This document shows, piece by piece, positions 26,285-35,040 of a stretch of 64,000 nucleotides of DNA. Below the pieces are notes generated by a model. That model had not been told where the DNA came from and searched no databases. It worked only from the letters and a program-made list of their open reading frames with translations. This DNA is from Eggerthellaceae bacterium (lineage in GTDB: Bacteria; Actinomycetota; Coriobacteriia; Coriobacteriales; Eggerthellaceae), in NCBI GenBank assembly GCA_036306585.1, contig JAXJZF010000007.1, positions 55,990 to 119,989 of the forward strand. The letters run 5' to 3'. The translations under genes and the position numbers were made by a program. Position 1 is the stretch's first letter. Each line of letters opens with the position of its first letter.

Positions 26285-26800
26285 CTACAGCTGCCCCAAA
26301 GCGTCGGCAACTTTGCGCGCCGCCGCAGTGATGCTCAGATCGTCCACATCCACGGTGATGTCGGCATAATGCTCGTAGAGGGGCTTGCGCTCGTCATAAA
26401 GCTCCCGCAAGCTCATACCGATGCCGCCTTTCAGCACCACGCCGCGTTCCTGCAGGTCGCTCAGGCGATTCACCAGTTGTTCGTAGGAGATTTTCAAATA
26501 CACCACGCGGCCGATAGAGGAAAGATGCCCCATGGCCTCGGCAGAATACACGGCGCTGCCGCCGGTGGCTATCACCGTGTGCTCGGCTTCCATATCACGC
26601 AGAATCTCGTTCTCCACCTCGATGAACCCGTCCGGGCCGCAGGCATCGATGAGTTTCTGCAGCGTTTTGTCGCACTGCTGCTGGATAACCAGATCAGCAT
26701 CGACGAAATCGTAATTTATGATCTTCGCCAACACGATGCCGAGCGTCGATTTGCCTGCGCCGGGCATGCCGATAAGGATGATGTTGTCATTTGCCGCCAT
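26285..26800 (-). CDS. aroK: Shikimate kinase
   Basis: IILIGMPGAGKSTLG (P-loop)...DADLVI...ATGGSAV... Start at MAANDN behind a GGAGGG RBS. Confidence 0.88.
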   Translation of the reverse strand: MAANDNIILIGMPGAGKSTLGIVLAKIINYDFVDADLVIQQQCDKTLQKLIDACGPDGFIEVENEILRDMEAEHTVIATGGSAVYSAEAMGHLSSIGRVVYLKISYEQLVNRLSDLQERGVVLKGGIGMSLRELYDERKPLYEHYADITVDVDDLSITAAARKVADALGQL

Positions 26801-26838
26801 TGGGAGCCCTCCTGCCCCTCGGAAACCGTCCGGGGACA

Positions 26839-28647
26839 CTATACTCTATCGCGCCCCGCCGTCCGCGGAGAATCCGCGAGCCCCGCGGCCTGCGCCACCA
26901 GCATCGCCGCCTGGGCAACGGCGTGTTCTCCTGCCAATGCCTCCCTTTGCTCAGGAAGGGCTTCCGAGAGCACCTGTTCGGCATGTTCCGACACACCGAA
27001 AAGGAAGGAATACGCCGCAAGCTCGCCCCAAGGGGCATCCGGCGCTTCGCGCACGTCGCGCGCGCCCAAATCCCTCAACCAATTGCGCAGCGCTTTGCAC
27101 TTCGCGCACAGCTCGTTTCCCGTGCGGCTGCGACGTTCGCAATAGTTGCCCAGAAGGACCAGGCACGAGCTGGATACGACGGCGAAGACGAACGGCAGCA
27201 CGGTCCCCGTCGCCAGCGACGCGCCGAGTAAAACCGCCGCCAAAACGCCAGCGACGACGACCAGGCGGATTTGCCACTTCTTGCCCGTCTCTTCGAAGAA
27301 CGCGTGCTCCGCAGACCGTTCCGAAAGCAGCGCCTGCCACCCGTCGACGGCATCGCGGAATGCCTGGGGATGAAGCGCAGCATACTCGCGGAGCTGCCCG
27401 AGGCTCACTCGATCGGCGCCCGCGGCACCGAACACGATGTCCAGCGCTCTGTCATCCAGCGGATCGCTCGGACCTTTCCCCGGCACGCGCACCAGCAGGC
27501 TGTCCTGCGCTTCCGCATCGCTGCCTTCCAAGCGCAGCTTCCCCAAAGCGACCAAGTGCATAAGCGTCGCGCAGAAGTCATCGAAGCTCCGCCGGTTCCA
27601 ACGCCACAGACGGCCGATCAGCGCCGGATGAACATCGGGATCGGGAACCTGGCGCCAATAGTCGTCTTTGAAATCGGGCTCGTATTCCCTACCGTAGCGG
27701 AAATATACCCGCAGACCGAGCACAAGCACGATCAAACAGACAAGCGCGCTCCCCATGACCACGGCAAGGGCGATGGCGCGGGAGCGGCTGCCCTGATCGG
27801 CCCACGCCTGCTCTTCCGAAAGCGCCGAGGAGAGATGCGCCTCGGTGCGGCGCGGCTGCTCTTCGGTGCCGGCAGGCAGGTTCGTGAGCCACCCGGACGG
27901 GAACAGCACCCGTGCTTCGGCGTATTCGCCTGCTTCGACGCGGCCCACCGTGTAGACGATCGATCCGTCCTCGTTAACCTGCACCTGGCCGCCTTGCGGG
28001 CCATGTCCCCAGGCGCGCACGTTGTCGCCGGGCACGATCGTCGCGTCAGCGGGCATCGGCAGCATGAGCGTCATCTCGACGTTTTCGGAAGCAGCATCCC
28101 ACTGCGTGCCGATGAACTGCCAGTACACCTCCCCCACGTCGGAGTAGGCGTTTACACCGTTTTTCACGGTGTAGTCGAGCTCGATCAGGCGCTGCCCGCC
28201 GCTCGCATCGAAGAACACGTGCACGGCATTGCGCGCCTGGTCGAACGAATATGCGTCGATGCCCGGCCCGCCGGAATCGCGCCATTCCAGCACGAACGGC
28301 ACGCTTTCGAGGATCTGAGGGTAGCCTGAGGTTGCGCCGTCACCGCCGAGCGACACCATGCGCACGGAGTTGACATGCACCTCGGAGGTAGGGGAAAGGC
28401 TCGGGAAATCCCATTGAACCGAACTGCAATCGCCATCGAACCGGAACACTCTCTGCTCGATCACATGCAGGGACCCATCGGTCTCGGCTTGCGCTGTGAT
28501 GCTCACCTTGGGCATGGAATAGTCGGCGAAAGCGCTGCATGGCCGAATCGCCACGCTGGCGGCAGCCAGCAGCAAGGCGAGGAGTGCAAAGCAAAGCAGC
28601 GCAGACAGCACGCGAAGATTCTGCGAATGCGGGTGCGTTCGAACCAT
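26839..28647 (-). CDS. DUF2207-type membrane protein (signal peptide, extracytoplasmic domain, several TM helices)
   Basis: 602 aa with N-terminal signal LSALLCFALLALLLAAASVA, an extracellular beta-rich part and internal/C-terminal TM helices. The family call is from memory. Confidence 0.6.
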   Translation of the reverse strand: MVRTHPHSQNLRVLSALLCFALLALLLAAASVAIRPCSAFADYSMPKVSITAQAETDGSLHVIEQRVFRFDGDCSSVQWDFPSLSPTSEVHVNSVRMVSLGGDGATSGYPQILESVPFVLEWRDSGGPGIDAYSFDQARNAVHVFFDASGGQRLIELDYTVKNGVNAYSDVGEVYWQFIGTQWDAASENVEMTLMLPMPADATIVPGDNVRAWGHGPQGGQVQVNEDGSIVYTVGRVEAGEYAEARVLFPSGWLTNLPAGTEEQPRRTEAHLSSALSEEQAWADQGSRSRAIALAVVMGSALVCLIVLVLGLRVYFRYGREYEPDFKDDYWRQVPDPDVHPALIGRLWRWNRRSFDDFCATLMHLVALGKLRLEGSDAEAQDSLLVRVPGKGPSDPLDDRALDIVFGAAGADRVSLGQLREYAALHPQAFRDAVDGWQALLSERSAEHAFFEETGKKWQIRLVVVAGVLAAVLLGASLATGTVLPFVFAVVSSSCLVLLGNYCERRSRTGNELCAKCKALRNWLRDLGARDVREAPDAPWGELAAYSFLFGVSEHAEQVLSEALPEQREALAGEHAVAQAAMLVAQAAGLADSPRTAGRDRV

Positions 28648-28707
28648 GAAGCTCCTTGCAAGTTCCGATTGGTCACGGTATCATAGTCAACCGCACCATT
28701 ATAGTAC

Positions 28708-28798
28708 GGAGAAGTGACCGAGAGGCCGAAGGTGCTCGCCTGCTAAGTGAGTATACCCCACAAGGGTATCCGGGGTTCGAATCCCCGCTTCTCCGCCA
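28708..28798 (+). tRNA. tRNA-Ser (anticodon GCT)
   Basis: Acceptor GGAGAAG/CTTCTCC, anticodon loop CTGCTAA, long variable arm, T-arm CGGGG-TTCGAAT-CCCCG, encoded CCA. TATAGT -10 lies 3 nt upstream. Confidence 0.9.
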
Positions 28799-28807
28799 CG
28801 GTGAGTT

Positions 28808-28845
28808 CACGGGCCCGGCAATACGTCGGGCCCGTTTTGTTTTCC
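28808..28845 (+). terminator. Intrinsic terminator after tRNA-Ser(GCT)
   Basis: CACGGGCCCG-N8-CGGGCCCG followed by TTTTGTTTT. Confidence 0.75.
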
Positions 28846-28891
28846 GGTGTCCAGCCCAAGTCCTGGCACCCGCAGCGACGCCGGGAACATG

Positions 28892-29230
28892 CTACTTCAT
28901 ATGCTTCGTACGCTGCGGTTTCTTCTTCCAATTGGGATGGTTGCGGACGAAAACAGCATGGCAGATGCGGGTGACGCCCAATGCGATGAGCGAGGTCGCC
29001 AAGAAGCCCGCTGCCAACTCGAGCACCGGCCTGTTGCCGTCCAGAAGCACGTATCCGCAGATCATAGCGAACGCGATGCTCAGCACGCCGGTGAACCAGG
29101 CAAACACGCGGATGAGGATCTCCTTGGCCTTGATGGGGGAATAACGCCATGTGGCAAGCAGGTAGATGATCGCCGCGGCGATAGCCAGGACGATAATCAG
29201 GGGAATGATGCGCGAGAGACGGGCGAGCAT
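28892..29230 (-). CDS. Small hypothetical membrane protein (112 aa, 3 TM segments, basic tail)
   Basis: IIPLIIVLAIAAAIIYLL..., FAWFTGVLSIAFAMICGYVLL..., AAGFLATSLIALGV. Starts 4 nt after the ispE stop. Confidence 0.6.
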   Translation of the reverse strand: MLARLSRIIPLIIVLAIAAAIIYLLATWRYSPIKAKEILIRVFAWFTGVLSIAFAMICGYVLLDGNRPVLELAAGFLATSLIALGVTRICHAVFVRNHPNWKKKPQRTKHMK

Positions 29231-29234
29231 GATG

Positions 29235-30227
29235 CTACCTCGTGGGGACCACGGCGGCGCGGGCGGGTCCGAACGTGGTGGTGCGCGCCCACCAGCCCTG
29301 GGTGCGGGCAGCCGAAGCCACGCGACAGGCAGCCGAGAAGTCGCGGCAAATCACGAATACGGCGGAGCCGCTGCCCGACATGAGCGCATCCACGACACCA
29401 TCCCCTTGGCCGAACACCCAATTGCGCACATCGACGAGCGCAGGAAGCAGCAGCTCGGACGCGCACACCAGGTTGTTGCGCAGAGGGACGTCCTTCGCGT
29501 CCTTCGCCGACAGGGCCTGCTCGCGATCGGCATCATCGATCATTTGGGGGCATTCGTCGAAGGCCTGGTACGCCGCTTTGGTGGACACGCCGCCATCGGG
29601 CTTGATGAGGGCGATGGCGTCGCTGCGCGGAGTGAGAGAATGGTGGAACTCGTCTCCGACGCCGGTCAGGCAGGTGCAACCGCCATGAAGGAAGAACGCC
29701 ACATCGGCGCCGAGCTCGTGCGCCGCCAGCTCGACGCGCTCGTCGTCGGCGGCGAGGCCCCACAGCTTGGCGGCGCCCACCAGTGCAGCAGCCGCGTCAG
29801 AGGAGCCACCGCCCAAGCCGGCTTCGGCGGGAATGTGCTTTTCGATGAGGATGCGCAGCGTCTCATTCGCTTCGCGGCCGATCTTGCCCGCGAGAAGTCG
29901 CACCGCCTTCGAGGCGATGTTCTTCTCCACGGGGACATCCAGGGGCGCGACGCCTTCGCACGGGATGCAGCGAACGTCGAGCTGCAGACCGCCCTCGGCC
30001 TGGGGCGTTGTCTTCATGCGCAGCACGTCATGCAGCATCAGCGCGTGCATGACCGTGGAAGCATCATGGTAGTTGTCGGGCCGCTTGCCGCGAATGTCCA
30101 GGAACAGGTTCACTTTCGCGGGTGCGATCAGACGGATCTCGCCCGGTTCCATGCGGCTGTCCGCCGTCTGCATCATCTGAGCCTGCTCCACCATGTTCAC
30201 TGCTTGCGTTTCGGTCTGCTTGGTCAT
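29235..30227 (-). CDS. ispE: 4-diphosphocytidyl-2-C-methyl-D-erythritol kinase
   Basis: APAKVNLFLDI...HIPAEAGLGGGSSDAAAAL (GHMP kinase motif). ATGA overlap with the tadA stop. Confidence 0.9.
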   Translation of the reverse strand: MTKQTETQAVNMVEQAQMMQTADSRMEPGEIRLIAPAKVNLFLDIRGKRPDNYHDASTVMHALMLHDVLRMKTTPQAEGGLQLDVRCIPCEGVAPLDVPVEKNIASKAVRLLAGKIGREANETLRILIEKHIPAEAGLGGGSSDAAAALVGAAKLWGLAADDERVELAAHELGADVAFFLHGGCTCLTGVGDEFHHSLTPRSDAIALIKPDGGVSTKAAYQAFDECPQMIDDADREQALSAKDAKDVPLRNNLVCASELLLPALVDVRNWVFGQGDGVVDALMSGSGSAVFVICRDFSAACRVASAARTQGWWARTTTFGPARAAVVPTR

Positions 30228-30712
30228 CGTTTCCTCTTGCTTTTGAAAAACCCTTTCAGCAGCGCGGCGCATTCGTCTTCCAGAACACCCGGCACCGCCT
30301 CGAAGGCATGGTTCAATCGTTCATCGGAATGAATGGAGTACAGTGTGCCCAGGGCGCCCGCTTTCTTGTCGCGCGCGCCGTACACGCAGCGGCTTATGCG
30401 CGCTTGGTGCATCAACCCCGCGCACATGATGCACGGCTCCAGCGTGACGTACACGGTGCACCCGGTAAGCCTCCAAGCATCCAGTTGGCGCGCCGCCTCC
30501 TTCATGGCGAGGAATTCAGCGTGCCCGGCGGGGTCCCGCGTGGTCTCGCGCAAGTTGCATGCCCGCGCGATCACCTGAGGCTCGGCCAACGGACGCCGCG
30601 TCGCCGGGTCTATGGGCTCGTAGACGACCACCGCCCCGATGGGCACCTCGTCCATCTCCGCCGCCCGGCGCGCCTCGTCGAGCGCCATGCGCATGTACTC
30701 TTCATCCGTCAT
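30224..30712 (-). CDS. tadA: tRNA adenosine(34) deaminase
   Basis: YMRMALDEARRA...PIGAVVV...HAEFLA...EPCIMCAG (CDA zinc motifs). Confidence 0.9.
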   Translation of the reverse strand: MTDEEYMRMALDEARRAAEMDEVPIGAVVVYEPIDPATRRPLAEPQVIARACNLRETTRDPAGHAEFLAMKEAARQLDAWRLTGCTVYVTLEPCIMCAGLMHQARISRCVYGARDKKAGALGTLYSIHSDERLNHAFEAVPGVLEDECAALLKGFFKSKRKR

Positions 30713-30719
30713 GGCCCGT

Positions 30720-30725
30720 ATTATA
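30720..30725 (-). promoter_or_regulatory. TATAAT -10 box 7 nt upstream of the tadA ATG (probable leaderless transcript)
   Basis: The minus strand reads cgccTATAATacgggccATGacg. No RBS is present. Confidence 0.4.
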
Positions 30726-30793
30726 GGCGATGGTCCTGCGCGCTGCTCCTCACCTGGGCGAATCGGCACATAGGCGTTACCTGCCCCGCACGT

Positions 30794-32212
30794 CTACGAC
30801 GAGAAGCTCTCCGCCATAGTGGTGATGGCATCGGTACTCGCCTGGATCTTCGCGTTGATGCGGTCCGCCTCCGCCCCTTCCGCGGGCGTGGGCTGGTAGT
30901 TGTTCGAGGCACTCGTCGACGAGATGGAACAGGGGATGACGTTGATGTCGTCGTTCTGCTCGACCTCGTCGCCGGTGACGGTAAAGGTCTGTTGGAAGAT
31001 CATGCAGTCCTTGTCCGTGGGGTTGGAATTGCCCCCAAAGCAGAAGTTGCCCAAGCTGTACACGATGTAGCGACCGTTGTACTTCTCGTAGCCCTGGATG
31101 ACATGCGGATGCGACCCGATGACCAGGTCCGCCCCAGCATCTATCGCGGCATGGCCCAGCATCATCTGGGTTTCGTTCGGCACGGTCTCGCGCTCCACGC
31201 CCCAGTGAATGTAGACGAGGACCACCTGGGCGCCTTCGTCGCGGGCGCGCTGGATGTTCGCCACCATGGAGTCCTTGATGCCGGCATGCTCGGCGAGTTC
31301 GTAGGTACCCACCAGTGCCACCTTCACGCCCTTGACGTCCATGTAGGCGATATCATCGTAGCCGAACGGCGAGATGCCCGCCTCCTTGAGCGCGTTGACG
31401 GTGTCGGTGTAGCTTTGCTCGCCGTAATCACGGGAATGGTTGTTCGCCATCGAAGCAGCCTCGACATCGCCGGCGGTGAGGATCTGGGCGAACTCCGCCG
31501 GGCCTTTGAAAGCGAAGGTCTTATCCTGCCGCGCCGTCGACTCGGTGAGGGTGCCCTCCATGTTCACGACAGTCAGGTCGTCGGCGCTGAAGACGTCATG
31601 GACATTGCGGAAGAAGTAGGCGGGGTCTCCTTCTGCGTCGTAGCGCGCGTTCAAGCTGGTGGAGGCGTTGAACGCTTCGTCGGTGCCCAAGGTGCAGTCG
31701 CCTGCGAACGACACGGTGAACGTGACGGGCTGCGCCGCAGGGTCGGCAACCCCTCCTGCATTCATGGTCTCGTCCGCCGGTTGGGACGCCTGCGTCGCGG
31801 CGCCCCCGAACAAGCCGAATATCCGCGGGACCGCGAACACGCCGATCGCCACCACGGCGACCATCGCCACCACGGTGACGACGATACGGGAGGACGGCCC
31901 TCTGCGACGAGGCTGCGGCCCGACGTACACCTCGCGATGACGCGCGCGGCGCGTCTGCGTGCATGACGAACCCGCTTGCCCGCGGGAAGCGTCAGCCCGC
32001 CCACGCAGAGCAACCGCCTGCCCGCGCGACGAGGACGGACGGCGACGCGCCCCGTCTTGGCCCACACCCGCGCGTTGGCGCACATGGCCGGACGTTGCCG
32101 CTTGATGGGAACGGCCAGTCGCTACCGCTTGATGGTAGCGGTCTTGCCCCTCCGCTCGACTGGGGCGGCGGGATCCCGCCGCCTCTTCCGCGTATCGATC
32201 TTGTTCGGTCAT
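30794..32212 (-). CDS. CapA family (PGA_cap metallophosphatase-like) membrane-anchored protein
   Basis: Arg-rich disordered N-terminus, one TM helix, then FAGDCTLG...NMEGTLT...MANNHSRDYG...IHWGVE...GSHPHVIQG...YSLGNF. Confidence 0.8.
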   Translation of the reverse strand: MTEQDRYAEEAAGSRRPSRAEGQDRYHQAVATGRSHQAATSGHVRQRAGVGQDGARRRPSSSRGQAVALRGRADASRGQAGSSCTQTRRARHREVYVGPQPRRRGPSSRIVVTVVAMVAVVAIGVFAVPRIFGLFGGAATQASQPADETMNAGGVADPAAQPVTFTVSFAGDCTLGTDEAFNASTSLNARYDAEGDPAYFFRNVHDVFSADDLTVVNMEGTLTESTARQDKTFAFKGPAEFAQILTAGDVEAASMANNHSRDYGEQSYTDTVNALKEAGISPFGYDDIAYMDVKGVKVALVGTYELAEHAGIKDSMVANIQRARDEGAQVVLVYIHWGVERETVPNETQMMLGHAAIDAGADLVIGSHPHVIQGYEKYNGRYIVYSLGNFCFGGNSNPTDKDCMIFQQTFTVTGDEVEQNDDINVIPCSISSTSASNNYQPTPAEGAEADRINAKIQASTDAITTMAESFSS

Positions 32213-32378
32213 GAGCCCTTCTCACTTTCGGCTCGTACGCTTGCACTGCACCTGGTCGGTAATAAACCATGATAAAGCAAGGAGCCCTGCGCGCCCGCAT
32301 CATTCGACAAGGGTGCACAGGAAGGGCGCCATCCTATTGTGGTATCCTGAAACGGCGCTCGCGACAGCGCCCGCATAG

Positions 32379-32466
32379 GGAGGAATGGCCGAGTGGTCGA
32401 AGGCGGCAGTCTTGAAAACTGTTGAGCCGAAAGGTTCCGTGGGTTCGAATCCTACTTCCTCCGCCA
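32379..32466 (+). tRNA. tRNA-Ser (anticodon TGA)
   Basis: Acceptor GGAGGAA/TTCCTCC, anticodon loop CTTGAAA, long variable arm, T-loop TTCGAAT, encoded CCA. Confidence 0.9.
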
Positions 32467-32477
32467 GAAACACGTCG

Positions 32478-32510
32478 CAGGCCCGGGATGTCCGGGCCTG
32501 TTCTGCTTTT
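32478..32510 (+). terminator. Intrinsic terminator after tRNA-Ser(TGA)
   Basis: CAGGCCCGG-gatgt-CCGGGCCTG followed by TTCTGCTTTT. Confidence 0.75.
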
Positions 32511-32735
32511 CAAGGCTTGGAGCAGGCTCCGCAGCCGCGCAATGACGAAAAGGCGCCATGCCGCTGGTGCGGATCCCGCGATGTGCGGCAAACGGCCGTG
32601 CGTCACGAGGTTTTTCACAAGCAGTAAAGCAAAACACAGCGCGCACCCCGCCCTCGGCAAGCCGCGCTCTCCGCCCGACGCCCGCCGCAGGCCATGGCTC
32701 TCGGCACGGCGCCCGTCAGCACGGGCAGAAGGCTA

Positions 32736-32984
32736 CTAGTTGTGCTTGAACAGATCGGCGGGGTCGAATTCCTTGCCGTCGCGCTCGCACTGGAGCTGGT
32801 ATTTGCGCTGGTTGCAGATGGAAATGGCCTTCCCTTGGTAGATACCGTAGGTCTTGAAGCCGCAATTGCCGTATCCGCTGCAGGAACGGCACTTGATATC
32901 GGCCAGATCGAAGCCGTCGAAATCTTCTTCAGTCATCTCGCGGATGGCGTTTCGTCCCCTGGGCACATGCTTGAGGTCGACCAT
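32736..32984 (-). CDS. Small Cys-containing hypothetical protein (82 aa)
   Basis: MVDLKHVPRGRNAIREMTEEDFDGFDLADIKCRSCSGYGNCGF...ICNQRKYQLQCERDG has 5 Cys including CX2CX5C. GC3-rich frame. Confidence 0.6.
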   Translation of the reverse strand: MVDLKHVPRGRNAIREMTEEDFDGFDLADIKCRSCSGYGNCGFKTYGIYQGKAISICNQRKYQLQCERDGKEFDPADLFKHN

Positions 32985-33094
32985 GGAATTCCCCTTTTGC
33001 CGAAGCTGAACTCATCGGCGCCATTGTACCCCACGTATCGGAAAATGGCAGCCGGCGTCGCCCGGGCGGCACCGGCTGCGAAATGCCGCGAGTC

Positions 33095-34441
33095 TTAGCG
33101 CTCGTCGATGGGGATGTAGGGACGGCTTCCCTTGCGCACCGTCCGATATGCCGGGCGGATGATGCGCTTGCCCGAGACGATCTCCTCGAAGCGATGCGCC
33201 GCCCAGCCCGCCATGCGCCCGCATGCGAACAGCGGGGTGAACAGCTCCTCGGGAATGCCGAGCATCGTGTACACGAAGCCGGAGTACATGTCCACATTCG
33301 CGCACATGTCCTTCTTGGTGCCCTTCTCGCGCAGGATCACCTCGGGCGACAGGCGCTCGATGGACTCCAACAGCTTGTACTCCGCCTCGAACTCGGTCCC
33401 CTCAGCCATCTTCTGGGCGAATTGCTTCAGGACGACCGCGCGCGGATCGGAGACCGTGTAGACGGCATGCCCCATGCCATACACCAGCCCCGAGTGATCG
33501 AACGCCTCCTTGCGCACGATCTTGCCCAGGTAGGCAGCCACTTCATCGTCGTTCTCCCAATCCTTCACATTATCTTTGATCTCGCGTTGCATGGCGCGCA
33601 CCTGATGGTTCGCCCCGCCGTGCTTGCGGCCCTTCAACGAGCTGATGGCGGCGGAATACGCGGAATAAGGATCGGTGTCGGCGGAGCTCAGCACGCGCGT
33701 GGTGAAGGTGGAGTTGTTGCCGCCGCCATGCTCGGCATGCAGGCATAGCATGATGTCAAGCATGCGCGCCTCCTCCTTGGTGAATTCACGGTTGGGGCGT
33801 AGCATGGACAGGATGGTTTCGGCGGTGGACTGCCCGGGGATGAAACGATGCATGATCATCGACTCGTTATGGTATTGCGCGCGCATGGCGTAATATGCCA
33901 GCACCATAATGCGCGGCAAGCGCGAGAGCAGCGAGATCGCGGTGTCGATCTCATGGACGTAATCACGGTCCTCGGCATGCGCGTCGTAGGAGTACAGCAG
34001 CAGCACTGATCGCGCAAGCGCGTTCATGATGTCGTTGGGGGTGGCGCGCATGATGGAGGAAGCGGTGAAACCGTCGGGCAGCTCGCGACGCGAATCGACC
34101 ACCTCGATGAAACGATCCAGCTGCTCGCGCGTGGGCAACTCGCCCATCAGCAGAAGATACGCGATCTCCTCGTAGTTGAACCGGCGATCGACGTCGCCGG
34201 CGTCCAGCAAATCGCTCAGCTCGTAGCCGCGATAACGCAGCGATCCTTTGTCCGCCACCTTCTCGTTGTCGTACATAACGTAGCCATGCACGTTGGAGAT
34301 GGCGGTGATGCCTGCCACCACACCCGTTCCGTCGGGGTTACGCAGCCCGCGCTTGACGCCGTACTTCTCGAAAAACGACGGATCGATGGTGTTGATGCTG
34401 CGGAAACGCTCGTACAGTTCGAGCTTCTTCTCTTCGCCCAT
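33095..34441 (-). CDS. gltA: Citrate synthase
   Basis: 448 aa from MGEEKKLELYERF (GGAGGG RBS). Motifs ...LRYRGY...LLYSYD...LCLHAEHGGGNNSTF...GMGHAVY...RPAYR... Confidence 0.88.
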   Translation of the reverse strand: MGEEKKLELYERFRSINTIDPSFFEKYGVKRGLRNPDGTGVVAGITAISNVHGYVMYDNEKVADKGSLRYRGYELSDLLDAGDVDRRFNYEEIAYLLLMGELPTREQLDRFIEVVDSRRELPDGFTASSIMRATPNDIMNALARSVLLLYSYDAHAEDRDYVHEIDTAISLLSRLPRIMVLAYYAMRAQYHNESMIMHRFIPGQSTAETILSMLRPNREFTKEEARMLDIMLCLHAEHGGGNNSTFTTRVLSSADTDPYSAYSAAISSLKGRKHGGANHQVRAMQREIKDNVKDWENDDEVAAYLGKIVRKEAFDHSGLVYGMGHAVYTVSDPRAVVLKQFAQKMAEGTEFEAEYKLLESIERLSPEVILREKGTKKDMCANVDMYSGFVYTMLGIPEELFTPLFACGRMAGWAAHRFEEIVSGKRIIRPAYRTVRKGSRPYIPIDER

Positions 34442-34493
34442 GCGGAACCCTCCTCGAGAATGGATGGCTGTGCGGAAAATGCTGGGTACAGCG

Positions 34494-34510
34494 CGCAACG
34501 TCGAACGTTG
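34494..34510. promoter_or_regulatory. 17-bp palindrome GCAACGTcgaACGTTGC in the citrate synthase leader (candidate operator)
   Basis: Perfect 7-3-7 inverted repeat, about 53 nt upstream of the ATG and just downstream of TATCAT/TATACG -10-like hexamers (34528-34542). Confidence 0.35.
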
Positions 34511-34674
34511 CAACGCATTCATGTTTCTCGTATAGATGATACCGCGGCCGTCTCGCGTTTCAGGGCGGGCAGCCGCTTTGTTCACCGATGTTTACCCATC
34601 TGCAACGAGCACGCAAAGATCGCGGCTCAAACGCACGCTCGACCAGGAGTATTAAAATTCCCCAAAATGGCCCC

Positions 34675-34703
34675 TTGCACACCCCTGGATACTGGAGTAT
34701 CAT
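34675..34703 (+). promoter_or_regulatory. Sigma-70-type promoter TTGCAC-N17-TATCAT for tRNA-Leu
   Basis: Spacing counted by hand. The -10 ends 32 nt before the tRNA 5' end. Confidence 0.55.
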
Positions 34704-34735
34704 ATCCAATTGCTTCTGATGAAGCGCACCTGCTT

Positions 34736-34822
34736 GCGGGCGTGGCGGAATTGGCAGACGCGTACGGTTCAGGTCCGTATGGGGGCAACCCCATGGAGGT
34801 TCAAGTCCTCTCGCCCGCACCA
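34736..34822 (+). tRNA. tRNA-Leu (anticodon CAG)
   Basis: Acceptor GCGGGCG/CGCCCGC, anticodon stem TACGG/CCGTA with loop TTCAGGT, long variable arm, T-loop TTCAAGT, encoded CCA. Confidence 0.9.
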
Positions 34823-34834
34823 TCGAAACTTCGG

Positions 34835-34867
34835 AATCTCGGCCTTGTGCCGAGATTTTTTATTTTC
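34835..34867 (+). terminator. Intrinsic terminator after tRNA-Leu
   Basis: AATCTCGGC-cttgt-GCCGAGATT followed by TTTTATTTT. Confidence 0.8.
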
Positions 34868-35040
34868 CTGCCCGTTTTCCCATCAACACCCTGCGGCACC
34901 CCCGCTGCGCAGCGCCACCCCCATTCAGACCAGGACTTTCCCCACAATCGTTAAGCGGCGTCGAGGCAAATGGGCTGCGCAGCGTCGATTTCCGTGGCAC
35001 AATGAAAGGGCATTCAACCGGTTTGCGGGGAGGAGCTCAC

